DNA of 64,000 nt from Octopus bimaculoides (Eukaryota), in NCBI RefSeq assembly GCF_001194135.2, contig NC_068981.1, forward strand, positions 14,522,163-14,586,162. The letters run 5' to 3'. A program made the position numbers and the translations under genes. Under the pieces are notes generated by a model. The model saw only the letters and a list, made by a program, of their open reading frames with translations, was not told the DNA's origin and ran no database searches. Of this stretch, positions 50,981 to 63,052 are shown piece after piece. How positions within the stretch are numbered: the first letter of the stretch is position 1; every line of letters begins with the position of its first letter.

Positions 50981-51080
50981 AATAGGCTGTACCTGTCCTT
51001 AAGAAAGAGTGGGAGAGGTGTGATCAGTTGCCAGGACTATATTAAAGCAGAGGAAAACACCCTAGGGTGGTATATAAAAA
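50981..51080 (+). mobile_element. R4/Dong-type LINE fragment
   Basis: NRLYLSLRKSGRGVISCQDYIKAEENTLGWYIK resembles the DRLYxxRxxGGRGL..AEENSL post-RT motif. Confidence 0.55.
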
Positions 51081-52689
51081 TGTCATATTAATTTGAGCAA
51101 TATTCGACAGCTTGCTTATCTTTGTCGAGTTCAAAATGAAAAGTGATACATAGAAATTCAAAATTATAGAAATTCAAATTCAAAACTTTGAACGAGGGCA
51201 ACCTGCGTTCCACATTGACAGAATGAGATCATCCGTCTTCAGCTTTCCAGTTTACAACTGGCGAAAAGAAAAAGAAAGTAAAGGGGGAAAATGAAAGGAA
51301 AAAGAAGAGTATTTAATGAAACAGTTTCGTGTAAACTTGATGAAATTTCCCTTTCATTTTGTTCATTCCTAGAGGGCGTGAAGTTAATAACTCACAAATA
51401 TATTTCTCCTCATGCATTTTGAGGACTGAATGTGTAGAAGATTCGAAATATTTTCTGAGAATACGCACTTTCAAGTCTTTTTTAAACTTGCAGGCATTTG
51501 CAAAAATTAAATATATAAATTGGTAGATAAATAAATTTAAAAAATCCGTTGTATATTTAAAGTGATTCGTGTAGGAAGAATTAAAATTCATACATTAGTT
51601 TAAAGTTTTGGAAAGAATAATATAGTTTCAAATTACCAAATATGAACACGTATTTAAAAATATTTATGGTTACGTTTTACAATTACTTGTTTTATTAAAA
51701 TTTCTTGACGCGTTTAGGAACATTACGTTTGCCTTCATATTCATTGTAATATTTGCATCAACTCATTTATGTAATCATCTCATCCTGGACTCACTCGGTG
51801 CATATATTTCAGTTTCATTTGAGGGTATTTCAGTAATATGAGAAGCGCATATTATTTAATACGGCAATACCCTACAGAGATTTTGCTTCCTGATTACGTC
51901 CAAGATCAGTAAATATAGTAGAGAAAATGTTAAATGAATGATATTCCTCAGAGAATGAATAGAAATTTTAATGCAGAATGAATACTAGTAGAAGAATTTT
52001 AGGAGATGACTAGAAAGGGAAATACTTTAATTACAGTATTATCGAATTTCGATATTTCTCATCGTTTGAGAAGGTTGACATTTCGTGAATGGGAAGAAAG
52101 CATTAACATGAAACAGCTCGTAATTCAGCGCATATGAAATGATCTACACATTTTCCCCGTGGCTTAATAAATGTAATATCTGCAAAAACATATTCAGACG
52201 TATTAATATTTTTCACTTAATTGCTATAATTTAAAAAAGTAGAATTACTAGTAATTCATCCAGCTTTAATTAGACCTGGTTAATTGTACAATACTGGTTA
52301 TCTAAATATTGTACTTCAGTCATTGGGTTCGAGCTGATATTCAAGAAACACAAGCTATTCAGCTTTCACTTCAGTATTACCATCCATCGAAACAAATGTA
52401 CAGTTCTGCTGCTAGAAGTTTTATAAATTATAGTAAGCCATAGTATTTTATAATTCTAGGAATAACAATGAAGTCCAATGAATCCAAGGAAAGCGTTTTT
52501 GTTACTTAAAAACGTAGTATATTTGCGATGGTATAGTATAGAGCATTAGAGAATTGGCTTAGTATCCAACGCATACATTGTATCTGTACAATCGATGCCT
52601 AACTTTTAAAATAAGAGAACATTAAGATCAAGTTATATTCTTAAATATATTTAGCATTTGAAACACTGGATACTTAAATATTATATAAT

Positions 52690-52880
52690 CATCGTAGCAA
52701 ATAATTGTATTTAATTCATGCCTGACATATAGCCATGAGTAATTAAATCATGCTGGTCATATAATTAATAATATTTAATTCCTGTTCGTAATATAATTGC
52801 TAGTAGTTAATGTGTTCCCATCATATAATTGATAACAGTTAATTCACACCTCTGTTGTAATGTAATACTAGCTAATTCCT
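52690..52880. repeat. Degenerate minisatellite with a period of about 32 bp
   Basis: Recurrent TAATTC..CATATAATT units, about 5-6 copies. Confidence 0.35.
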
Positions 52881-53454
52881 TTCCACAATTTTGCCTTCTT
52901 TGATGAAGTTATATAGGTATTATTCTATCATTCATGGAGCCTAATCTAAAATATTGAAATTGTATTCACTTATTTAATGCTGAAAGAATGGAAGAATATG
53001 ACGAAGAGTTAAGAAAGGAAATTCAACCCTGATTCAAATCAGGTATCATATTTCCTTTAGCCATGCATTTTCATCTCCAACATTTCATCTCATAGATTTC
53101 ACTCCTATGAAAACTTCGTCGAACGATCTCTACATATAACAACAATATATTGCATTTGTACAACTTCTGTTTACGTAAATTAATGAAAAATACCAGAATA
53201 AATCAATAAAATTAAACCCAGAATCATAACCGCTCTAGGGACATTACATCTTTTAAAAATAGTAGTCAAAATCATAATAGCTTTCAGATCTCGTCTTAAC
53301 GTCTTGGAAAATTATAACACTTGTTCTCATTTCTTAGACTTTATTAACAATGTAACAAACGTGCTTGTTGTAAAGCGAAAGAGAGCTCAAAATGAGACTT
53401 GTTTATAACAGTATAGAAAAACATGGATGCTACTTACTACAAACGAATAAAAGG

Positions 53455-53582
53455 TTATAGTTCAAACACGTTGGCTAATATACGCCTAGATCTAAACCAT
53501 GTGTTCATTATAGAACGAGCATTATTAACTATGGCTCTGCTTAATGTAGATCTGGTTTTATGCTCTATGTAGGCACTGAAAC
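53455..53582 (-). CDS. Candidate terminal exon (GFSAYIEHKTRSTLSRAIVNNARSIMNTWFRSRRILANVFEL*)
   Basis: ttgttattgtttag acceptor on the minus strand; one open frame; no recognised family. Confidence 0.2.
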
Positions 53583-54039
53583 CTAAACAATAACAAAAAC
53601 TATAACACAAGAAATCCAGGAAATCTAGTTGTATTACATTTTTACAAATATTCCATTCATAAATTTGCAAAACAGAATTCAAAATATGTTCTATGACTTT
53701 TATGCACTAACACTAACAATTCTGTTACGTAACATCTAGATTTTTATTCGCAAAAATGTTGGTTATTTTTAATGTGGTCAATTCATAACTGTGACAACGT
53801 TCGTCGTAAATTCAGCAACAGAAGTATACTTTTCTTTCCTGCTAACAGTTTAAAATATTAATAGCAAAACAGTACCAATCAAAAAAACTAGTGAAGATGT
53901 GCCTTGATAAATAATCATGCACCGAATTCAAATTTGGTATCAATGTTTTACAGGAAGAAGAGTTTAGAAATAATACATTTCTAAATCTTCCAGAGAGATT
54001 TATTCAGTAGTGATACGATGAAGTAGTTGTATGCTTTCA

Positions 54040-54620
54040 GCTTAATGTGACAGTCCGCTGAAGGGAATAATACTACTGTTGGTTAGACCTAAGAAGCGGT
54101 TTGATTCGCAATCTTGACCGACTAAAAATATGGATATTATTCCACCACACTGGTTTTGGTTTACCATTTGGTCGCTTGGCAATTGGTTCGTCTTAAAGAA
54201 ACCGTTTTGCAATATTTTCCTTCGAATTTTTAATCACTTGTCATGCGATATTGAAATCAGATGTCCGAAGTTGTGACGTCACAATGGCAAGAAACAGCTG
54301 TACGACCTGGACAGTTTCTTCTCGTCTCCGAACTACAGCCCCAGATAACTTTCAGATATCCTTTGGAGTAATATAATTTCGGCCTCTTGTATGCAAGAAT
54401 ATACGCCCACTGTCATTGCATAACATTCGCGACCAGGGGTGAGGATAAGCTCGTAAACAAAATTGAAGATGGCGAATTTGGATTTTTGCCAACGTCACCT
54501 CTTTTGCGGATCGAATTCTGGAGCTGGTGCATTACTGTGCCAGCATTTGCAATTCTAGCATCCAATTCAGCCTCTTGCTTTCCGTATACAAAGGGCGAGT
54601 TTCCACATCGTTTTTGTTTT
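54040..54620 (-). mobile_element. RTE-type LINE 3' RT fragment
   Basis: GKQEAELDARIANAGTVMHQLQNS, KSKFAIFNFVYELILTPGRECYAMT..IQEAEIILLQRI, PIAKRPNGKPKPVW. Confidence 0.75.
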
Positions 54621-56206
54621 CTTATTAACCAAACTACTCCAACATTTATCAATACAGCAATGTGGTAGATGAGATAGTTCGCATAATGTATAGTTGACAT
54701 ACATTCCGAAACTAGGTTTGAAATCCCTTATATCATAGAATGAGTTGGTTTGAATAGAATTTGTCAGATACCATGTGATAAACAAATACTATGTTATTTC
54801 TGATATCCTAAAACCACATGACATTAGTCTGATTCGTGCAATATTGACCAAACTTTCGCATTTCGTTTCCATATTATTGTGTTCTTTGTTACATATAGAA
54901 ATACGTTTTTATTTATTTATTATTTTTTTTTTTGAGAGAAATATTCTAGTAATTAATATTATGATATATTCAAATAATTACAATTTTGAAAATACGATTC
55001 ATATTTTTCTTATATGTCGTCAAGCTGCAGGCATTAAACCATTATTTTACTAATTTTGAGCTTCCGATTTGTTCGCCATCTGGCTATCTGTCTTATTGAC
55101 GGAATATTTTCAGTATATTCCGTGAGGAACGTATGATGTCTAATATGGATTTCATTACGACATATTCCTTGCAGATAAAATATGATTCGATAATCTAAAT
55201 ATTCATTACTTTAGTTGCTATAAATAAAAGAGCGTTTTCGTTGTTGACAGAAATCAAATTACATTTGATTTCTATAATACATTCAAGTAATCAGGACGAA
55301 TATGTGACCCTGGAAGGATGCATTTATTTCATGTATTAATACGTTTGCGCCTTCCAGCCGGGAACACATATTTCCTATACATTTCAGAAAATTTAGTGAC
55401 GTTATTGTATCATGAACTCAATGTATTGCCATCCATATTAACTTCAGTTGTTTAGAATGTCGTTTCATATTTGTTAATATCAACACATTTGTGACATATC
55501 GTATGAATAATGTGTTATATTTGATTGATACTCAAGAAAACGCTTCAAAAACGCTGCAGAGAATGTTGTAGAGGACTCTCGTAAAATATACACTTTCATT
55601 TAGCATTGAAGATCCTTTATTGCATTTTGCAGCGGTTTTGAATATTGAGAAGGCGTAAATCTGATTATTTATGCACGATGAATTAGGAGATCCCTTAATG
55701 TAACTGAATAAAATATATATGATATTCAGGTGAGCGAGATATTTATCATACATAAATACAAACATTGTTGAAATTAGGATTTGCTAAAAGAGAATTGGTT
55801 TAGAAGCGTTTAGGGGAACATAGAAAAATATATGTAGCATAAGAGATAATAAGTTGGATACGTTTTCCATATAAACATTGAGTATTATATGAAATTGAAA
55901 ATGAATAGAACTCAATTAAATATACAATTATTATAAAAATTTGAGTAAGCATAATATGCTTCAAATGTAACGATATAAATTTCAGTTGCGTTTCAGTACG
56001 GTCAAACTCTGAAACATAGTTTGTATTTTATGAGCTTATTTGCAATAAATTTGTGTACATTGAGGTTCACCTGCACCTTAGTTCAGATCGGATAATCATA
56101 GGTTACTATGCATAGATAAACATGATTATCCTCACAGACTGGTGTATGAAGAGCAGGCTAAAACGGCTTTCAAAAATAATTCCATTTTTAAAGTTATGAA
56201 CCGTGA

Positions 56207-56683
56207 TTATTAGCGACATTTCAAGGCTACATTTTTGAGATGCAACATTGGATAATGAACATGTTCTGTACCGTAGTTGAAACACACAATAGAAATGATA
56301 ACAACACCGATAGCAGCTCCAGCAACAGCAGCGGCAACAACAACATCTCCAGGTCCAGGACCAATCGGAAATGTGCCAGTAATGTGAGCACAACTAACAC
56401 CCAAGCCTGGAAATATATCGTGTCAGCCGGGAAGGCCTTCAATCGGTACCTGTGCAACAGATCCTCTTTCAAGATTGCCGGAAGACGAATTGTCATATCT
56501 CTGGCCAGCCACGTATGGCGCTCCAAAATTGAAGGGATCTCATACTATAAAAAGTTGAAGATTTCAGAGGGACCAGGATACTATATTAACGGGAGCGAAC
56601 GCTGCAATATTTTTATAGCTGAGCAACCAGGTTACTCAGACACCCTGAAACCTGGATCACTGTACACACGCCAGGGAATTTAG
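56207..56683 (+). CDS. Longest gap-free ORF outside recognised TEs (158 codons stop to stop; ATG at 56240), unknown product
   Basis: Raised GC, an N/S-rich low-complexity segment, then globular-looking AWKYIVSAGKAFNRYLCNRSSFKIAGRRIVISLASHVW...; possible acceptors at 56213 and 56225. Confidence 0.45.
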   Translation, partial: LLATFQGYIFEMQHWIMNMFCTVVETHNRNDNNTDSSSSNSSGNNNISRSRTNRKCASNVSTTNTQAWKYIVSAGKAFNRYLCNRSSFKIAGRRIVISLASHVWRSKIEGISYYKKLKISEGPGYYINGSERCNIFIAEQPGYSDTLKPGSLYTRQGI

Positions 56684-57208
56684 AATCCTTTCTGTAAAGA
56701 CGAGCACATCTTCCTCACTTTATTAAATGTGTCTGAAATGCTAGAATCACACCATCAGCATATGACTTAAATCGAAAATAGAATGTGAATCTGGTAGCTT
56801 TTAGAGCATCCTACGTCAACTGAGGAGGCTCTTTTGCACTGTGCGTTGCATCTGATGCCATTACAACGTCCCACACCAACTAGAGAGCAGTGCAGAACGA
56901 AGCCGAATCCGTTGTTTTACTAATAAATTATTTTAGTTACATTCTGTCTTCCGTATTGAACATCTCTATATATAAAATCCTTTTTCTCTCTGTTCCCAAA
57001 GCATTCTCAAGCGGCTCAACCAAATCAAATCAAATTTTACATGATAATACTATCAGACCCCGTGAGTGTCAACATGTAATTTTTGGCATTAAAACTATGG
57101 AACATTGGCACTTATTCCGTATTACGTCCCAAAACACAAAGAATAAAAGAAGAAAGAATAACATCTATATAGTAATGTGATATATATTGTGTCACTTTAT
57201 AATTTTAG

Positions 57209-57495
57209 CCACGAAGACGACAACGATGGTGTTACATTTTTATATGACTGTGTACCTATCTGTGAATGTATGTGCGTTAGTGTATGAGTGTGTATATGTT
57301 TGACAGTGTATGAGACTTACCATGTTAGGTGCGTTATTAAACATACTATAACTATGTGAGGGCTGGTTAACCACGACGACGATGTCACATGTTTTATATG
57401 ACTGTGTATTTGTCTGTGAATGTATGTGTGTGAATGTATGAGTGTGTATGTGTGTCACAGTGTGTGTCTTTCTGCGTTAGGTACGTTATCAAATA
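57209..57495 (+). repeat. Diverged tandem duplication (period about 160 bp)
   Basis: CCACGA(A/C)GACGA..TTTTATATGACTGTGTA..TCTGTGAATGTATGTG..GTTAGGT(G/A)CGTTAT occurs twice. Confidence 0.6.
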
Positions 57496-58562
57496 ATGGA
57501 AACATCTGGCATCATAGCATCATAATTTTGAAAGATCTATAAAACCGTCAAAAGCTTATTTTAATGTTTTTTTTATTTTTATTTATTACTAGTGTTGCTT
57601 AATAAGTTTTGCTAAAGTTGCTGTTTCCTTTCAGATACCATCTTAAAAAGGTAATTAAAATTTGGACTTTCAAAGAGGTCAAATTGTTGGTGCTCGTATG
57701 GCAGGCGCTAGCGTAACGAAAACAGCCGAAATGTTTGGTGTATCAAGAAATACTGTCTCGAAAGTAATGATAGCCTTGCCTTAGAGAAAGATGAAGAAAC
57801 ATCCTCGTCGAAACGAAACTCCGGAAGAAAACCGAAACTTTCAGATAGGGACCGGAGGACTCTTGCGCGAATTGTTAGAAAGGATCGCAAAAGTACAGCT
57901 CCCAAAATTACTGCAGAGCTTAATGACCACCTCGAGAACACAACTTATACAAAAATTGTTCGCGGAAGCTGCACAAAGCAACTACTTTCAAAAACAAATG
58001 CTGCAATGCATTTAGAGTGGAGTAAAAACCTACACAACTGGTCCCAAGGGCTGTGGAAGAATGGAATTTTCTCGGACGAGTCATTCTTTATCTTATGTTC
58101 GAGCACCGGCCTAGTATGCCTATGAAGACAGCCAAAAGAAGCATTCAACCCAGACTGCCTTCTTCCAAATCTTAATCATGGAGGAGTATCTGTAATGATC
58201 TTGCAGGGGGGGGGGGGGCTATATCTTGGACATCTGCCATCTCAGTGGTTTCCCTTCATGGCAGAATTAATAGCCAAAACAATCTAAGCATTTTAGCTGA
58301 TCAAATTCATCCTATGGTTGTGGAACTGTTTACGGAGGGAAACGCAATCTTTCAGGATGATAATGCACCAATTAAGACAGCTAAAATTGTTACAGAATGG
58401 CACGAGGAACATTCTAGTGGATTCTCACCTGACTACCACAGCCCCCAGATCTCAATATTATTGAACATTTGTGGTGCATTTTAGAAAAACAAACACGGAG
58501 TCGTTATCCTCCACCATCATCACTACAAGAATTGGAGACTGTTTTAGCTGAAGAATTGACAA
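57482..58562 (+). mobile_element. Tc1-family (DD34E) transposon remnant
   Basis: [79 protein letters not shown]; right end truncated. Confidence 0.85.
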
Positions 58563-59394
58563 GTGAGTGTGTGAGTTTCCGCGTTACGTACGGTATTAAA
58601 CATACACATCTACACATACATATACATATGTGAAGACTCACATGCCTGAATGTATGTATTTGAGTTCTAGAGGTGAAACGCTTTATAAAAAGAAAACAAT
58701 GAGGTGGTAAGATCGAAGGTATATATAAAAATAGATATTTAGTGTTTCATTACCAGTTAATGCCTATCGCGGCAGTTAAAAGATTGCAAGATATTTACAA
58801 TTACATATTTACGTTTACATTAAGAATTTTATCGTGTATATATATAGATAATTCTTGGTTTCTCAGTAATAATTATTGTGGCATTTACCATTAAATTAGT
58901 AGTTTCATACATGTGCTTCTAATTCATTCATTTGCTTATATTTCGTTAACTTACACTGTATACAAAAATACAGACATACTATAAACATAACACGCAGTAT
59001 GCTATAATGCCTTATTTTTGTTCATATTGTCATGTGACTGCATAGGGTTTATGTTTCTTTATCTACAACCACACCAGCAATGCAGTGTCAACCCTTCGCC
59101 TTCGGTAACATTTCAACTGTTCACTTTCACGTTGCCGTCTCCCATTGCAGCCCGTTTCCGGAATGTCCCCATTTACGTAGAATATCTCCATTACACCTCC
59201 ATTTAATTGACTGTCAACCATACAATGGGTCGTGTTGGATGCAGGGCTGACCGCCTCAAAACAAATATATCGACTGACAGTTTTTCGGTGGGCTCAAAAA
59301 TTACATACCCCGACTCCCAATTTTCCATGATAAGTTAAGGCATTGAATCCTCCAAATGAACGTATTGCATTTTGCTTCGTCGAATCTCTGCTAG

Positions 59395-59467
<73 letters not shown>

Positions 59468-59553
59468 NNNNNNNNNNNNNNNNNNNNNNNNNNNNNNNNN
59501 NNNNNNNNNNNNNNNNNNNNNNNNNNNNNNNNNNNNNNNNNNNNNNNNNNNNN

Positions 59554-59593
<40 letters not shown>

Positions 59594-60607
59594 TGTGGTA
59601 AAATAATGTAGATAAACCCACAAGGGAGGGGTTTTTTTTTCTTTATGACGCTCATTTTCATACCAAATATAAATTCTTCCCATCTCTCTTTCTATGAATT
59701 TCTACTTTGTCAATTTAGATCAATATTCTCTCGCGTATTGTTTATAATTCTAACTCTTTACTCTACTTAAAAACACATTTTTATGTTTACATCATTAAGA
59801 AATTTGGAAACAGACAGACATCTCTGAATTTCAACAAAATTGTCCAGAAGCATTATCTATGTTATTTGACAAAATTAAATTTATGTGCACTTTATGCATT
59901 CAGGTAGACGAAACAAAACAACATTCTTTTCTCTGTTGTAGATTTCCAAAGAGACACGTGTGTATTATTCTTACAAGTAATGTAATATCCAGTGCTTATT
60001 GAATATAATTTTCCATAACACATGTTAAATATATTTTGTACTTAGAAAGGAGTGCTCTGGAAATCTAATGAACTTACAATATTTAAGAAAATAACGCAGA
60101 ACTGTAGATTACAATAACATTAAACTGAGGTTTATTAAGTTAAAATAGATGATGCTTTAAGAAAGTGTAAAAATAAATTATAACACAGCTGCAATACAGA
60201 AAATTGAAGGCAATTTCAGTTAGTGTGAAAATCAGCGATTAATCAATTTTCTTGTTCTCAGAGGATAATTTACATGCATAGATTATAGAACCAGTAACCA
60301 TGTGGTTTCCTTTTCAATAAAATTGAGCGTACTTTGGGTATGTGACTTCCACTATAACTTCGATACAATCATTGACTCGAGGAAATTCGGTAGACTTAGA
60401 AATGTGTAGAAGCCCGAGGTTTTACACGGGGTGTTTGGGTTAAATTTGACGATTTCTTATGTCACCTTTTTCTGGAACATATTGATGTTCTGATGAACGG
60501 ACAACATAGAAATTAAAGTTGTAGTAGAGGAAAAGTTAGTTGAATGGAAGACAGGAATCCATCTGAATATTGGAAAAAGATTTACTTGTATCATGATTTG
60601 GGCTTAC

Positions 60608-60692
60608 CATATTTGAACAGGGACTTAGGTTCAAATCAGACGGCTATTTTAAGCTATTAGAGACTGTGTAGAATGCATTATGACGCATGCGC
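60608..60692 (-). promoter_or_regulatory. Possible promoter/first exon of a minus-strand gene
   Basis: NRF-1-like ACGCATGCGC at 60683-92 in a CpG-richer patch; about 75 nt downstream on the minus strand is AAATATG|GTAAGC. Confidence 0.2.
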
Positions 60693-61118
60693 TTCTGCGT
60701 TCTCTTGCATCGTCAGCTGAAAGCTACAAATATGCTATTCACAGTGCGATAAATATGATTTGTTCTATTAGAACGGCAAACTATACATATTGTTAAGAGA
60801 GTAAATCTTGGCTCAGCTAGAATGAAATAAACAGAGTCCTGAGAAGCAGCGTGAAACAGACAAAAGAATATTCGTGTAAAACCTTATCTAGTACGTTTGA
60901 GTTACACTCTGTTATCTAGAAAGGCGTTTAGTAGCGAGCTGCGAAAGGCAGATTTGGCTGTCGGAGCTGACACGTAACAACACAAAAGCTCTCGCGTTTT
61001 GCGATCTGAAAACACCATTCATAGCATTCACGCATGTTGTCGAGGGAAATAATTTCTTGCCAGTAAAAATTGTGCGTGGCTTCGTGTGCATATGTACGTA
61101 TTTATATTTGAACGTACG

Positions 61119-61212
61119 TTATTAACATTTGACGGATATTTGTTCTCATATTGTCTTTTGTTAACACAAAGTTTCGGCCGATATACCCTCCAGCCATCGT
61201 CAGATATCTTGG
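61119..61212 (-). mobile_element. Penelope-like terminal repeat with hammerhead-like motif
   Basis: Reverse complement ATAT-CTGACGA-T-GGCTG-GAGGGTATAT-CGGCC-GAAAC-TTT-GTGT. Confidence 0.6.
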
Positions 61213-61284
61213 GAAAATTTTAAGCCTGGGTTCTCATTCCAAAGTATTTTTCGATGTTGTTGTTATTATTATTATTATTCAGAC

Positions 61285-61355
61285 CACTGCCTGCAATCGA
61301 ACTCGGAATCTTGAGGTTAGTAGCGAGTGTTCTTAACAACTACGCCATATTCACC
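61285..61355 (-). mobile_element. tRNA-derived SINE head
   Basis: Reverse complement TGGCGTAGTTGTTAAG...GAGTTCGATTGCAGG. Confidence 0.5.
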
Positions 61356-61400
61356 ATTTTGTAAGTAAGACTGTACCTTTTATATATATANNNNNNNNNN

Positions 61401-63052
61401 GGCTAATTATGGGGTAACTTGTGAATTTCTGTATGTATGTTTAGCCAGGGTAGTCTTTTCATTTGTCGCTGCTGGTGAAATGGATCATATGTGGCTTTGT
61501 TTGGGAAAAACGAAAAAATGAGTAGGATGTTTGTGTTTTGTGTGTGTAAGGCAAGGCTGCGGGTTTTTGATTGTATTTGGTGGCCTATTTTATGGGTACG
61601 AGGGAATAGCCTATACTTTTCATCTCTGTTTGACCATTGGCCATCCGTTGTCGCTCTCCTCGGAAAAGGTTGGTGGTAGTTCTTTTGGTGTGTCCTTCTT
61701 GGGGTTTTCCGCTTCTATCCGTGGCACATTTGATGTAGGCTGTTTTACCGTGGTGTTGGTCGACTTCTTTTTCTCTTTCGGGTTGACAGTCCGTGGTGGG
61801 TTGGTAGATTGTTCCATTATTCTGTTGATTGACTTCTTTCTGTCTTCCTCCGGATCGTCAGTTTTTGGTTTGCTTGATGGGCTGATTCGTCGTGGCGCTG
61901 GTTGGCTCCGCTTGCTTTCCTTCGGATCGTCAGACTGTGGTGTGTTGCTAGATAGAGGGCTTGCTTTTCGTCGTAGGACCTGTGGTTTTTATGCGGCCCT
62001 TTTGTCCTAACTTCAAGCACCTTGGACCACTTCCTTCCACCATGACAATAAGACATGTCTCGTCCGGTAGCATTATTTGCTGTGGTGTTTCTTCCAAGTT
62101 TCTCTGGGTGACCAGGATTATTAGCTCCAGACCTTGGCCCGCACCAGTTCTACAGGTGTAGCCTAGTGACCTGAGGGGATAGTGGCTCTATCCTCTAGAT
62201 TTAGCAGTACGGGTGATACCAGCCACACTGCACTGATTTCTGGTGGGACCTCCCCTATCCTTATTTTCAATGTTCACCTTCGAAGGTACGTCGGCAGTAA
62301 TATCAAATCTGCCGACTTTCAGGAAGTCTACAGAGTTCTTTGCCTCCTCTATGGAAGCGAATCTCACGGCTACTGTGCCGAAGCGACTTCCTCAGTTTAC
62401 GTATTTTATGTCGCGCCAAATTGGCAGCAGACACTTTTCGGTGGAATCCTTAGATGCCATGTCTATCCGTTTCGATGTCAGTGGGTGCGTTTTGTAAACT
62501 ATTGTTTTCCCTTTCTGCGTTGTACATCACTTGTTCCGAGGGAGTCAGTTTCATGTTCGCCCCTTCTCTCTACAATATGCTTTTATACATTTCGAGCTCG
62601 CTCGGGCCGACTTGCACTGTTTCGCTAGTGACACCGGCCGCGGACGTGTAGTTCATTTTCCCATTGCCATTCTGTGTTTCTATTCGGAGGTCGGTTTAAT
62701 CATTCTGGCATATTTTTCTTTTCCTTCGTTTGGCAAAATAGGAGAGAAGGTAACATTTGTTCACACAATTCCTCCAAGAAGTAGTCTGGAATTACATATT
62801 GGGAGTCGTAAACTTCCATGTTGTACTCATTGTGTAAAAAAAAAAAAATTCGCACAAAGGAAAACAATTCGCCCTTAAACATGGGGAATTCGCACAAAAA
62901 CCAAACCAGCTGAAGAAGGTAATGTGTCCATGAGACACAGAAAACAGCACAAGTTGTATAAAATTTCAAAAAACAACTAATCCCAAAGGGAAAAAAAACC
63001 CTACAATTAAACGAGAGCCGCTGAAACACACGTCCGTTCGGTCGGGATTTTC
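61401..63052 (-). mobile_element. 5' half of an L1/Tx1-clade LINE: 5' UTR plus decayed ORF1 (about 62656-61620)
   Basis: 5' end CCGACCGAACGGACGTGTG. ORF1 MNYTSAAG.., RRM-like FGTVAVRFASIEEAK and KIRIGEVPPEI, VMVEGSGPRCLKLGQKGRIKTTGP (eroded CCHC knuckle), and a K/T/P-rich tail. No ORF2 seen before the gap at 61391. Confidence 0.65.

Noticed and set aside
54387-54668. 93-aa + strand ORF
   Set aside because: It is antisense to a recognisable RTE reverse-transcriptase fragment.
56210-56526. Minus-strand ORFs with transmembrane-like AAAVAGAAIGVVII or poly-Leu stretches
   Set aside because: These are expected antisense readings of the AGC/AAC-rich segment; the + frame is much longer. Not fully excluded, because a tttccag acceptor precedes one of them.
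60490-60520. CTGATGA...GAAA hammerhead candidate (also CTGATGA at about 4426, 9441 and 37308)
   Set aside because: No stem II or stem I complementarity.
61531-62628. + strand ORFs of 159 and 148 aa
   Set aside because: They are antisense to the LINE ORF1.
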